Assembly (NCBI GenBank): GCA_048634245.1
Contig: JAIWAR010000003.1
Span: 2,401 to 66,400 of the forward strand
Direction: 5' to 3'
From: Methanosarcinales archaeon
GTDB lineage: Bacteria; Omnitrophota; Gorgyraeia; Duberdicusellales; 4484-171
DNA length: 64,000 bases
A program made the translations under genes and the position numbers. This document shows positions 37,101-49,100 of the stretch, in pieces (the stretch's first letter is position 1; each line of letters opens with the position of its first letter). Under the pieces are notes generated by a model. It searched no databases and was not told the DNA's origin. It saw nothing but the letters and a program-made list of their open reading frames with translations.

Positions 37101-40100
37101 TTGAGGACAATACTTTCTTCTCCAATAGTGTTTTAAAAGATATTACTATACATCTTAAGGCTAACCCCGGAAGCAGCCTTCATATTATGGGATTAATATC
37201 CGATGCGGTTATTCATTCCAGCATGGATCATCTTCTTGCTTTATTAACATTCGCTAAGAATGAAGGATTAGAGAGGGTATATATTGATGCTATTACTGAC
37301 GGAAGGGATTCTGACCGGGAAAGCAGTCTGCAGTGGATAGAAAATCTTCAGGAAGGGGCGAATAGAATCGGCACAGGAAAGATAGCAACGGGTATAGGGA
37401 GGTCTCGTCCTATGGATAGGGATAATAATTGGGGGGTGATTAAACCGGCATATAATTTGTACACTCAGGGAATAGCTGTTAACCGGGAAAAAGACGCCTT
37501 AACTGCTTTAAGAAAATCTCATGACAGAGGAATAACCGATGAATTCATAGAACCGACAGTAATAATTGGTGAAAATGGTGAGCCTCTGGCAATAATTAAG
37601 GATAATGATGTAGTTATATTTTTTAATTTCCGTGCTGACCGGGCCAGGCAGATAACCCGGGCTTTTATGGACAAAGATTTTAAAGGATTCAAACGTGAAA
37701 TTCAGCCTAAAGTTAAATGGGTTTGTATGACTGAGTATGATGAGACATTTTATCAGTTTGATAATCTTTCGGTGATGTCCCCGCCTCAAAAACTTGCTAA
37801 TACTTTGGCTGAGGTCTTGTCGAAAAATGGGCGTAGGCAATTGCATATTGCCGAAACACAAAAATTCGCGCATGTTACTTTCTTTTTCAACGGAAGGGAA
37901 GAAAAGCCTTTTAGCGGCGAAGAACGAATTCTTATCTCTTCCCTCAAAGACATCACCTTTGATAAAGCACCGGCAATGTCTGCCTATGAAGTTACAGAGG
38001 AGTTGATTAAAGAAATGCGAAATTATGATGTTTCCATAGTTAATATAGCCAATGCTGATATGGTAGGCCATACCGGAGTTTTGGAAGCAACTGTTACAGC
38101 AGTAGAGGTAGTGGATGAATGTGTAGGAAGGATAGTGGATGAAGTTGAAAAACAGGGCGGCATAGCTCTTATTATCGCTGACCACGGTAATGCTGAAGCT
38201 ATGGTTACGAAAAAAGGTAAGTCTCTTACTAAACATACTACAAATCCTGTGCCTTTTATTTTGGTGGATTCGCAGGGAACTTTAGGCAAAGTAGAGTTAA
38301 GAGAGGGAGCTTTGTGCGATGTTACGCCGACTATGTTAAAGATTTTAGGCATAGACCAGCCAAAAGAAATGACTGGCAGGAGTCTCATAATAAAAGCTGA
38401 CGGGGGCTGGGAGGTGAAGATTTTTGAGTCTGATGAAGAGCGTGATTGGGTAGCACTTAAAAAGTCGGATATCTCTAAGAGATTAATAGGAGAAGCCGAG
38501 GATTATGGTGATGTGCCAGACAATTTTATGTTTTTTATTCTTGTAGGAGACAGCAAAGCACATGGAGGAGCAGTAATTAATATAGAACATAGGCTGGGTT
38601 TTGAGGTTAAGTATTTTGATATTTTTCCACAAAGACAAGGTTTAGGAAGAGTACTCTGGAAACATATAGCAAAGGAGTTGCTTAAGGAGAGGTTTGAATA
38701 TGGGTATGTTACTCCCGAAGATAATAATGCAAGAAAGTTTTGGTTAAAACAAAAATTTTACGAAGTTAAGGGTAGAAGCTCGCTATATATTGATAAGGCA
38801 GGTTTAGAATATATAGCCTTCGGAAAAGGCCTTTTAGATAATGATTCTGCCGTATCTAAGGAAGTGACTTGTCGTGACGGAGGCACAAAAGAAGAGATTA
38901 TATTACTTTCTTCAGCAGAGACGGCTAATTTAAGGATTGTAGAAAAAGAGGAATTGATTCCGGATGCTATGGCCTTTATGGGGAAAGACTTTCGCGGGCA
39001 AAAGGGCTCTCTGGCCGTATTAAAGGAGTTGGTAAAAAAGGGCCTTGTGGCATATAACGGCCCTAAAGGGAAGGGTATTCAGTTAACTGAAGATGCCAAA
39101 GAGCTTTTAGATGCGGGTAAAATAGGAGAAAAAGTAGAGAAACCGGAAAAGAAAAGAATAATAAAGAAGGATATTTTTCTCTCTACAGCAGAATGGATTG
39201 TGCTTAATAAGGTGAGATTGGGATTAGGTTGTACTTTGAATGATTTTACCGGAGGTTATCAAGATGGAGCAGAACTACTCATAGAGAAAGGCCTCTTAGA
39301 GATTAGAGACGATGGTGTTTTAAAAACTACAGAATTTTATAAAAAATTATCTCGAGAAGGAAGAATTAAAAAGGAAACAGAAAAAAGCTCTAGGCCAGCC
39401 TGGACTATAAAGAGAGAAACTGCCGGGGTTAAGGTGCCGAGTAAAAGTATTTCTAAAAGTGAACTTTTTGGGGAATTTGTGAGGAGGGTAATAGAAAACA
39501 TCAACGGAGGGGAAAAGAGAGAAGGAATTTTTAAAGGAATTGAGAGAAAGGATTTAGGATATACCTCAATAAGTGGTTTCCGTAAGGCAAAGATAAGAGT
39601 CGATGCTTTTTTAGACGATATTATATTTGATTCCTATAATGATGAGCCGGTTTTAGCGGAAAGCATTAACCCTAAAAATATTATCCCTGTAAAGAAAGCT
39701 AAAGCGTTTAATGAGTTAAGGAATAAGGTAGTGCAGGAAACACTAGATGGAATGAATGGTTCTGAAGTTAGCTTAAGCGGAATATTTTGTATCTTTACGC
39801 TAACTTTATGGCGCAATATTTCTCGCAAACGAAAAGGAGGCAGTTTTGATATTGCTGTAGCCCCTTTAATCACAAAGGAAATCGTAGAACAACTGGGGTA
39901 TTCAGCAAAAATAATGCAGAAGAAGGGGCGTTTATATATTGTAGTAATTGACAAGAATAAAGGGAAAAAATATAGATTTGCCTTAAAAGAGACATTTGGG
40001 ATGAACGAGTTTCAAAGGGCGAGTTATATATCAGACGTCAAACACCGGCTATCTCTGCCTGAGAATGATTGCGGGAAAGACGGCGGCAAAGAATCGTTTG

Positions 40101-43100
40101 ACGCACAGGAAGAGTGGCTATCTTCTCTGCTAGAGAAGGTAAAAAACGGCAAAGCAGTTATTGCCGGCCTGGGAGCGACTTCCTTGCCGGATAAAGAGCA
40201 AGGTAAACCCATAGGTTGGGCATTGGCCTTGTTTTATCGTTTAGCCGGCAAACAACATTTAATTATCGGTTCATCTTCTAGCATTGGGAAAGCGCTTGAT
40301 GCGAAGAAATGGATTGAAGGTAATTTTAAAGAGCAAATAGAGAAATCTATAGATACAATGATGAATGAAGATGCGGCAAAAGCAGCGAATATAGTGGTGA
40401 TAGGCGTGCCCGCCCAATATACTCTTTCGACTTTAATTGAATTAAAGAATAGCGGCTTAAAAAATAAATTAATATGGGTATGCGGAGTGCCGATGCGAGA
40501 GCCGGAAGACTGGATAACCAGCAGAAGAAAGGGGAAAAAGGTGAAATTTAGATTTTATGAGAAGCCCTCTGAATATCTTGTTGAATATTTGCGGGGCAAT
40601 GAAGAATATATATCAAAATGCTCTGAGTGTGAATCTATGGGGGAAGTAATTGCGGTTATTATGGAAGGTACAGGCAACGTGGTAGTAAACGCCGGCAATA
40701 ATATACCGGCATTTAAAATGGGAAGAAAAGATATTCTTCCTTACGAAGTGGAAGTATGTACTGATAATGCTGCGGCCGGGCAAATAGTTTCTCGGTTACT
40801 TAAGATGGTAGATGAGAATTTAGAGCCGGTTATACATAAATTAAGCTATAGTTACCGGATGGAGTCAAGAACTCCCTGGTATGCGATGTATCCTGTGCTT
40901 TTGAAATTAACTATTGAGCAGTTTGAAAAGTTAAGAAAAAAAATTGGATTAGTACATTTTGAGCGCTCAAGAAGAGTTACTTTTAGAAGAACAAGAGGAT
41001 TGCTTAAAGAGTTGGTTGGTTCTGAAGTTCAATCTGCTAAAAGCCCGAAGCGGTTTGAGGATGGGGGAAGAATCAGCATTAAAAATAATCAAGCCTGGCA
41101 GCAATTAAAGGACGGAGACCTCTCCGTGGTTGGATGGCACCGTTCGCTGCTAGGTCTGTTTTCTTTTGCGGGTAAACAACTACCCGAATATTCAGCACTT
41201 TTATTCTACACTCCGCCGAAAAAAGAATTAATAGCTATTGTAGCTTTGCTGTCCTTACCAATTATTTTTGAATATTTCCTAGCCTTCTTACCTATATATG
41301 GCTTCCCTTTGCAAATTATAGTTCTTGTGGGACTTTTTAATTCAGCACCTAAAGAAGGCAAACCCAAGAATAATGACACAAAAGGGTGGAAAGAAGCGAT
41401 GGGAGAATTAAGAAAAGATTTTATACAACGAGAAGAAAATTTAAAAGTTGTAATGGAAACTGAATTTAATAAGAAAATAGATGATTTGAGGAAAGATTTT
41501 GAAGAAAAGACCGCAATAGATTCAGGTATTAGGAATGAGATGAATTATGCAGATTCTAGTAAAAATGAAAATTATGAAACTGCAACTATAGAAGTGCTTA
41601 TAAAAAAGGCAGTAATAACAAATGGTGTAAGTTATTTTGTTAATAATGTAAATAATTTTATAGATTTATTTATAGATATTATTGCAGCGAGAAAGAACTT
41701 TGCTAAAGACGAACATATTTTAGGCGCGCTTAATAATAATATAAGCGAGAGGATAGAGGGTAGATTACGTAAGCCATATAATTGTTTTCTCGATTTTTTA
41801 GAAAGTCAATTTCTTGTAGATAAAATTATTAAGATGTTAAGTAAATGCAACAAGGTTAGAATAGAAGAAGTCAACGGTTTTAAATCAGCAATTGTAGAAT
41901 TAGGAGCAACCAGCAAAGCCTATAATAAAATTAATAAAAGAAGAGGCATAAAGAGAAGAATGTATCTGTATAAGATGAAATTGAAAAAGGAAAATTTAGA
42001 AAATCTTCCTGCCGGCTCAATGTTAATTTTGGAAGACAAGAAAAGCAATCGTTTTCACGCAGTTCGTTATGTAGAATTTAAGAATAATAAAGTTGAAGTT
42101 ATCGATAGTGACCCTGTGAGCCATAAACAAGGACCAAAAGAAATAGAAATGAAGGATATTTTAACCGACGAAAACGGAAAAATCATTGTTGTTACTTTTG
42201 AAGAATTAAGTAAAGAAGACATTGATGGCCTTGAAAATTTTGAAGGAGACGGTATTTGGGTTTATGGAATTGCTTCCAGTGGTGCAGCTAGTGAAGGGTC
42301 AACCGGTAGTGGAGCAGCTGGCAGTAACGCTGATAGCTCTTCAGGAAGTGCGGATGGCGGAACTTTGGACAGCGGTGGAATTGGAAGCGGCCTTCCTCCC
42401 AGTATTACAGGAAAAAGCGTAAGTAGTTTATTGGTGAATAGTAATATTTTTGACGGAGGATGCGTTACGAATAATCTTAATAATATGGCGATGTCGCAAA
42501 ATACCTTTTTGTCATTGTCCTTTTCCGACTTGAACGGAGGATTGCATAGAAATAATGGTTTAGTCCTTGCGTTCATACCTGTTGGTATTCCGGCCAGCGG
42601 TGGAAGAATTTTAGCTAGAAATAGTGCTAATGTTGATGGCGGTAAGCGCAAAGGCGGCCTAATAGATCAAAAAAGAGCGGGTAATATTAAAGAGGATGAG
42701 TCGGAAGCCCAAGTTTTGCTTACAGAGTTAATAATAGAGTGTCGAAACAGAAGAATTATTTTGCCGGAAGAAAGAGAAGAAGTTATGGCTAAATTGAAAG
42801 ATTCAGAGCTTATAGGACAGGTTTGTGACTTCCAGAGACATTTTAAAGAAGCCGGGTTTCCTGAACAACTTGCTTCGGTATTTAGTTTAGGATTAGTATT
42901 TACTCCTAGTTTTAAGAGTTGGATATCTCATTTAAATGAAATGGATGAAAAGCATAAAGAGGATAGAGATCTAGATAAACTTAAGAATGAGTATTTTACT
43001 AAAAAGAACCGGATTATTAGCATTGTTGTCGAGAAACTAAGAATATTTCTTGATGAACTTATTCCTATTACCGATATGGTAAAGGCTGAAGCAATCATCA

Positions 43101-46100
43101 ATAAAGAGGGAGCAGCTTTAAAGAATGCTTTGGGTAAAGGGATTACTTTGGCTCGTGTACTAAATGATTTAAGGGCAGGTAGGGTATATTTATTTTATAA
43201 TGTTTTTGAAAATAAGATAAGGATTTCGGATAATCCGGGCATGGGTAATCCGGATGAAATATTTGAATATATAGAAAATGAGATTTTGACGAAAGAGTTT
43301 TACGAAAAAGTCGAAAGAATAATAAGTTCTGTTTTTTCCGAAAAGCCCTATGAATCTTCTTTACCAAAGGCATGCAGCCGTGAGCTGATAGAAAAATTTA
43401 AGAAACGGTTAACAGAGGAATGTGGAGAAGCCGGAAAGAATGCAGCGTCTTTTCTTCCGGATAAATTTTCTGTATCTCAAGAATATGGAATTTTAATGAA
43501 ATCCATAGAAGGAAGCGCTATCAAAGAACAAATAGAAGATATAGTCGGAAAAGATAATGATTTAGCGGAAGAAATATTTGAAAGCTTAAGGTTTGCCGAT
43601 GATTTGCGAGGTTTTACAGCTTTGGTGAATAAGCTGAGAAAAAAGAGTAAGGTTTTAAAGAAAAGGCAGATATCTCAGCTAAATGCGCTCAGTAGTTCGC
43701 TTAGAATGTATCAAGATGCTAAAGCGCATATATATATTAAAGTTGCTGTTGAGTGGTTTATTAATAGGGTGAGAGAACTAAACGGGCTCGCGATTGTTAA
43801 GCAGGAAGATGTTTTTAGCGCTTTAAAGAAAGTTTTTATTAATAATTTGGATATAGAAGAAATGGAAAAAGAAGGATTGTCCCTAGATGAAATTCGGAAA
43901 GTTTTATTGGAGAGCGGTAAAGTTATTTCAATACTTTGTTCTCCTAAGGATAAAAGAATTATGAAAAGGTTGGAAGTTTATATTATGTCAGCATCATTGG
44001 AGAAGATAGAAAAAGAACTTTCTCCTGAAGCTAAAAAGGCGATTGATCAGGTTTACGAAGGAGAGATGTTTGAGGGTAGATTAGGCGTTTCCTTAAAAAA
44101 CATATTTAACAAAATAGACAATAATGGATATTCTCCCGGACGCAATGAAAAAGATAATTTGAATAGACAAAGAGAAGAAAATCCCGCCTTGCTGGATAGA
44201 TATGACTCTCTGCGATTGATTGTAAAAGCTTTTAAGGAAATTATAGAGGATAAACTTTCCGGAGATAATGAAGATAGAAAACCGTATAAGTTGTCTGCGG
44301 AATTTTTGAGGCGGCTAAAAGATGACCTGTATGTTAAAGATCTACCTTACCCATTAGAAGATATTGAAAAACAACAAGTTTTAGGAGAAGTAATCATTTA
44401 TTTTGTTGCTGTGTGGGAAGAATTATGCAATTTAGGGTTTAGGGAGAAAGAGATAGAAAAGATTATTACCCGTATTCGGCCGGGGGAGGTTAAAGAAATT
44501 ATAAAAAAAGGAGTAGATAAAGAAGAAATCATCAGTATTTGTTTAAAGCCAAGAGGAGAGATACAAGAAGCATTGGCTAATATAGATGAAATAATAGAGA
44601 AGCAGAGAGCAGAAGAAGAACGAAAGAAGCTGGAAGAGAAAAAACAAAAAGCGTTAAAAGAAAAAAGGCAATTGAGAAAGCAAAAAGCATTAAAAACGCG
44701 TAAATCATTCAGAAGGCAAAGAAGGCTGGAAGAAGAGGCGAAGATAAAAAAAGCTCAAGAAGAAAAAGAAAAGAGGGTAGCCGCAGCAGAAGAGATGATG
44801 GATGAATTTAAAAAAGTTAAAACCAGAGAAGTGGCTAATGTTATCGATAGAATGAGAAGCAAGAAAAGCTATAGGGAAATGAGTACTAAATTAGTAGAGA
44901 TTTTTGGCAAGGAAGAAGCAGTTGAGAGGATTAAAAAGGCTATAGTTGAAATAATCGGGCCTTTTGAACGTAAAAAAGCTCGGGGTGTTAAAGGCAAGGA
45001 AATAGCGAACATAAAGAGAAACTTGATAAATAAATGGTTAATTGGTATCAGTATCGATGATATCGAGGAAATTTTAGGCAAAGATAACCGGTTATTAGAA
45101 CAATTACTGGATGAAGTTTTCGATATTTTTGTGGAGATTGAATCGGGAGAAAAAGTATTTTTCTTCAAAGATAAAAGTGAAGAATTAATAAGAAGTATTG
45201 GCTTAGAAGAATCCATAGAAGAATCAATATTGTCCCTAAAAATAGAAGAAAGGGAAAAATTCGCTAAACAGTCAGACAGAGATTTATTCTTTGATTATCT
45301 TACCAGGATTAACGAAATTATGAGACAAGACAAAAGAGTTGCTAAGCCAAGAAAGATAGAGCCTAAAATTAGAAACAAATCAGATGCTCAATTATCATTT
45401 GAAGATATACAAAAAAACTTTCAGAATGACATAGATGGCATGAAAGATTTACCGGAAGATATTATCGGCATTTTAGAGTCTGTTTTTGGGCAAATATACA
45501 TAAGATTTGATTTATTTTCTATCGGGACTAAAACCAAGGTTAAAGATATTGACGATATGATATATATGTATGAGAGCGGGGTAAGGGATCTTCTAAACAC
45601 GCTATACAAAAAATTAGAAGAATTAGAAGAATTAGAAGAAATAGACGCAACGAATAGAGAAAAGATTATATTAGTAATAATAAAATATTTCTTTTTTGAT
45701 GAATTTCCCCAAGGAGTCAGAAAGGCTAAGCCGAATATCAAGCAGAAACATAGGGGTAAATATATTCATGAACACTTATTAGAGGGAATAAAAAGATCGT
45801 TCGGACATTATTTTAGTGATGTTGTTAAAGCCGAAGAAATAGCAAGTCAAAAAGATAAAGGAAAGACGAATAGTGCTGGGGAAAACGATGGTGGGAACAG
45901 GGAGAGCAGAGGAATCCCATTTAAATTACCTGCTGATTTAGTAACTGTTTTAAGATTAACTAACTTGGGATTTTTGGGATTATTGATTAAAGACAATGGA
46001 GAGGTAATAACTGATGGAGGCATGGCTCAAAGAATAGTTTTGAATCCGACAGTGAGCGAAATAAGGAAGACGGTAGATGATTTTATAGAACAGCGAAACG

Positions 46101-49100
46101 TAAGTATAAAAAGAATGCTTGAAAACTTTTTGTATAATGGGGCAATGCGTGCATCAACCAGCAGCGGGAAGGAATACAGCTATGACGGCCGTCACTGGCC
46201 TAGAGACAGCGGTATAGCGGTAAGAGGAGTAGTACGATTATTACGAGAATCATTACGATTATATCAGCAAACAGATGACCCTGAATTAAGAGCTCAATTA
46301 AAGGTGAGAATAGAAGAACTTACCGAAAGAATAAGAAGGTATATCGAATTCACAAAACTAAATCAAGAAATAGATCGAGACTTAGGAGAGCCAACATTTT
46401 TTACTGAGAATGGAAAAGCAGATACAACTACCCCCTGGGCTAGGCCTCAGAATGACGGTCCGGCATTAAGAGCTATGGCCCTCATAGATTATGTTTGGCT
46501 CCTCATAGAGCAAAAAAATATAGAAGAGGCTCTAGATGTCTATCTTGTAATCAAAAAAGATCTGGATTATTTAGCTAAACATCAACAAGATCGCTGTTAT
46601 GATTTATGGGAAGATCTGACCGGATATCATTTTTGGACAAGAATGGTACAAAGAAGGGCATTGACCATGGGAGCAGCATTGGCAGATGATTTAAAAAAAG
46701 ATGATGCGGAAAAGTGGGAACAAGCAGCGCAAGATTTGGAAGGTGCAATTGACAAGCATTACGATCGTTTAAAGAAATACATAGTTTCTACATTAAATCG
46801 TGGTAAAGAAAAACTGAACAAAACAGTGGATCTTGACTCGTCAGTAATCGGTGCAATCGTAGAAACAGTAGATTTCAAGGATAAGTTTATGGGAGTTGAT
46901 GATTATCGAGTTATGATGACGGTGCTGAAATTAGAGGAAGAGTTTCGTGACCTTTATCCCATCAATAAAGAATGGATAAAAGAAGGTAAGCTAGGTATGG
47001 GAATCGGCAGGTATCCTCAGGATACCTATGATGGGAACGGCCAGGGAGGAGGAAATCCCTGGTTTGTTGCTACGGCTTGGTTTGCGCAATACTACTCACT
47101 TCTGGCTTTAAAATTTATAGAATTAGGAAAGATTGAAATAACTTCTAATAACATTTCTTTTTTCCGGAACATAGGAGTTGATATTTCTCCCCAGACCGTA
47201 AGTGAAGGCGAGGAACGTTTTAATGAAATCATTGAGCAGTTAAGTGATGTTTCTCAGGGCTATTTAGACTGGATACTTTTTCATATTCCAGAAGATGGTT
47301 CAATGAGCGAACAAGTTAGAAAGGCAGGAGTACCTCAAGGTCCGGAAGGTTTAACATGGTCTTATCTGGAATTTATACGAGCTGTAGATATATATGAAGA
47401 ATTGATTGAAGCTAAAGAACGGTTGGCATGGAGAACATTAGTCAAGCATGCTTTGGATAATTGTGCATTGAGCTCAAAGGAAGGATATTGGAATGAGAAT
47501 CCTCCTGATGATTTTGGTACGTTCATTCAGTTTTTAAAAGGACAAGGCCACGATGGAGTGCTAAATAATATGTTATGGCTAATAGAGGTAGATTTTAGTC
47601 TGTTCTTAGAGTATAAAGGGATTACCGAAGAATTTTTACCGAAAGTCAATGATTTATTTGAGCTTGATTCTAATTATATTATCGCAAAGGAGAAATTCTC
47701 TGAGTATGCAAAGATTATCATGCATTGGGGATATTATGTTCCTTTTTATGCAGATAGAGATGTAGGAATTGTTTCTATAGATGAGATAACAGCGATAGAT
47801 AGAGAAATTCCTATAAAAAAGTTATTTGATCATCTGGAGAATAATAATGACTTCCTTGTTCCTAAAGACCCGGAGACCGTTAAAAAGCAGATAGGCGAAG
47901 CTGGATTGAATGATGCGACGCAAAGAATGTTAAACATTATAATGACAGATTTATATACGGCCAGGAGTTTAAAAAAGTTAAAAGATATTGGAGGGAAAAT
48001 ATCAGAAATAGATATATCTAGTGATTTAGAAGCGCTTTTAGATGCCAATTCAAAGTATTTAACAGAAACAAAGCCGGAAGATTTAAAAGATGAAGAAATA
48101 AAAGATATTATTAGAAACGTTTTAACAATTCAGGAGATACGTCATCTTGATGCCGAACATATTATTTTTAAGCAGTGCGCTAATTTGCTAAAGTTGTTTT
48201 ACAAATTAGAGGATAAGAAAAAGGTGAAGCAAATTTTTTATGAGGGATTAAAAGGCCTGAAAAAGAACTTGCTTGAATTTGAGAATTTAGGCAGAGCTCT
48301 TTTGGTAAAGGGGCAGGTTGTCATACCCGGATTGAGCGAGGAAACAAATGAGCAGATATTATCTAAAATCAAAGAGATGTTTAGGCGAACAGCAAATGAT
48401 GAAAAAATAATGCTTTCTTTTTATACTCCTCAATCCTTAAGAGAAGACATTCAGGAAAAAATAGAAACTAGTTATGAGCTTAAGGTGGATAATGAAGGGG
48501 AATTGGAGTTAAAGAGAACAAAATTTTTAGAAACGGAAGAGACAAACGTTTGGAAGGATGTAGAGGCAATAGAAGAGTTAAGAAAATTAGGCTTTGTAGG
48601 GGAGGATAATTTGATTGTAGCAGAAAAAGGAGACGGGGTTTTTGGAGATATTTCTATGCTGTCTGTTGTGGTTAATATCTCTCTAAAACAGTCTTCTCCT
48701 GACGTAAATGACGGGGGGAGGATAAAAGAAAACTCCATTCAGTCGACGAATATCGAAGGAGTGGAGGGAAATAACGGATTTTACATCCCATCATATATGG
48801 TATTTCAAATAATAAAGCTGATGAGAGAATGGAATAATTCGAGCACGGAAGGGAACGTTCCGTATGATAAGAATAGCAGTTTTATGGATGGTGCAAGTAA
48901 GTTTTATCGTTCAGTGCAAGATAAAGTGTCTTTCTCGTTCGATAGACAAAATAAGGAGATTTCTGATGGAGGTAGTATGTTCTCCGGCAAAGTTGCTAGT
49001 TTTGAGAAAGATAAAATAGGGTATGAATCTTATTTCATGGAAAATGATGGGGCGCAACATCTTAATGAGTTTTTTAATTTCTTGATTATTTTCTTACTCG

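Noticed and set aside
37508-38236. Longest minus-strand ORF in the track (242 aa)
   Set aside because: It lies antisense to the iPGM domain, whose sense-strand translation carries every canonical iPGM motif (GNSEVGH, TDGRD, NFRADR, ADHGNAE). The antisense product is Cys/Phe/Ile-rich low-complexity sequence. It is an artefact of the stop-poor pyrimidine-rich antisense strand.
27950-38400. Interpretation as an operon of separate glycolytic genes (pgi, gap, gpmI)
   Set aside because: There are no stop codons, intergenic gaps or plausible RBS/start contexts between the domains. Linker sequence continues in the same frame through membrane helices and radical-SAM/MTase domains, so they are domains of one polypeptide.
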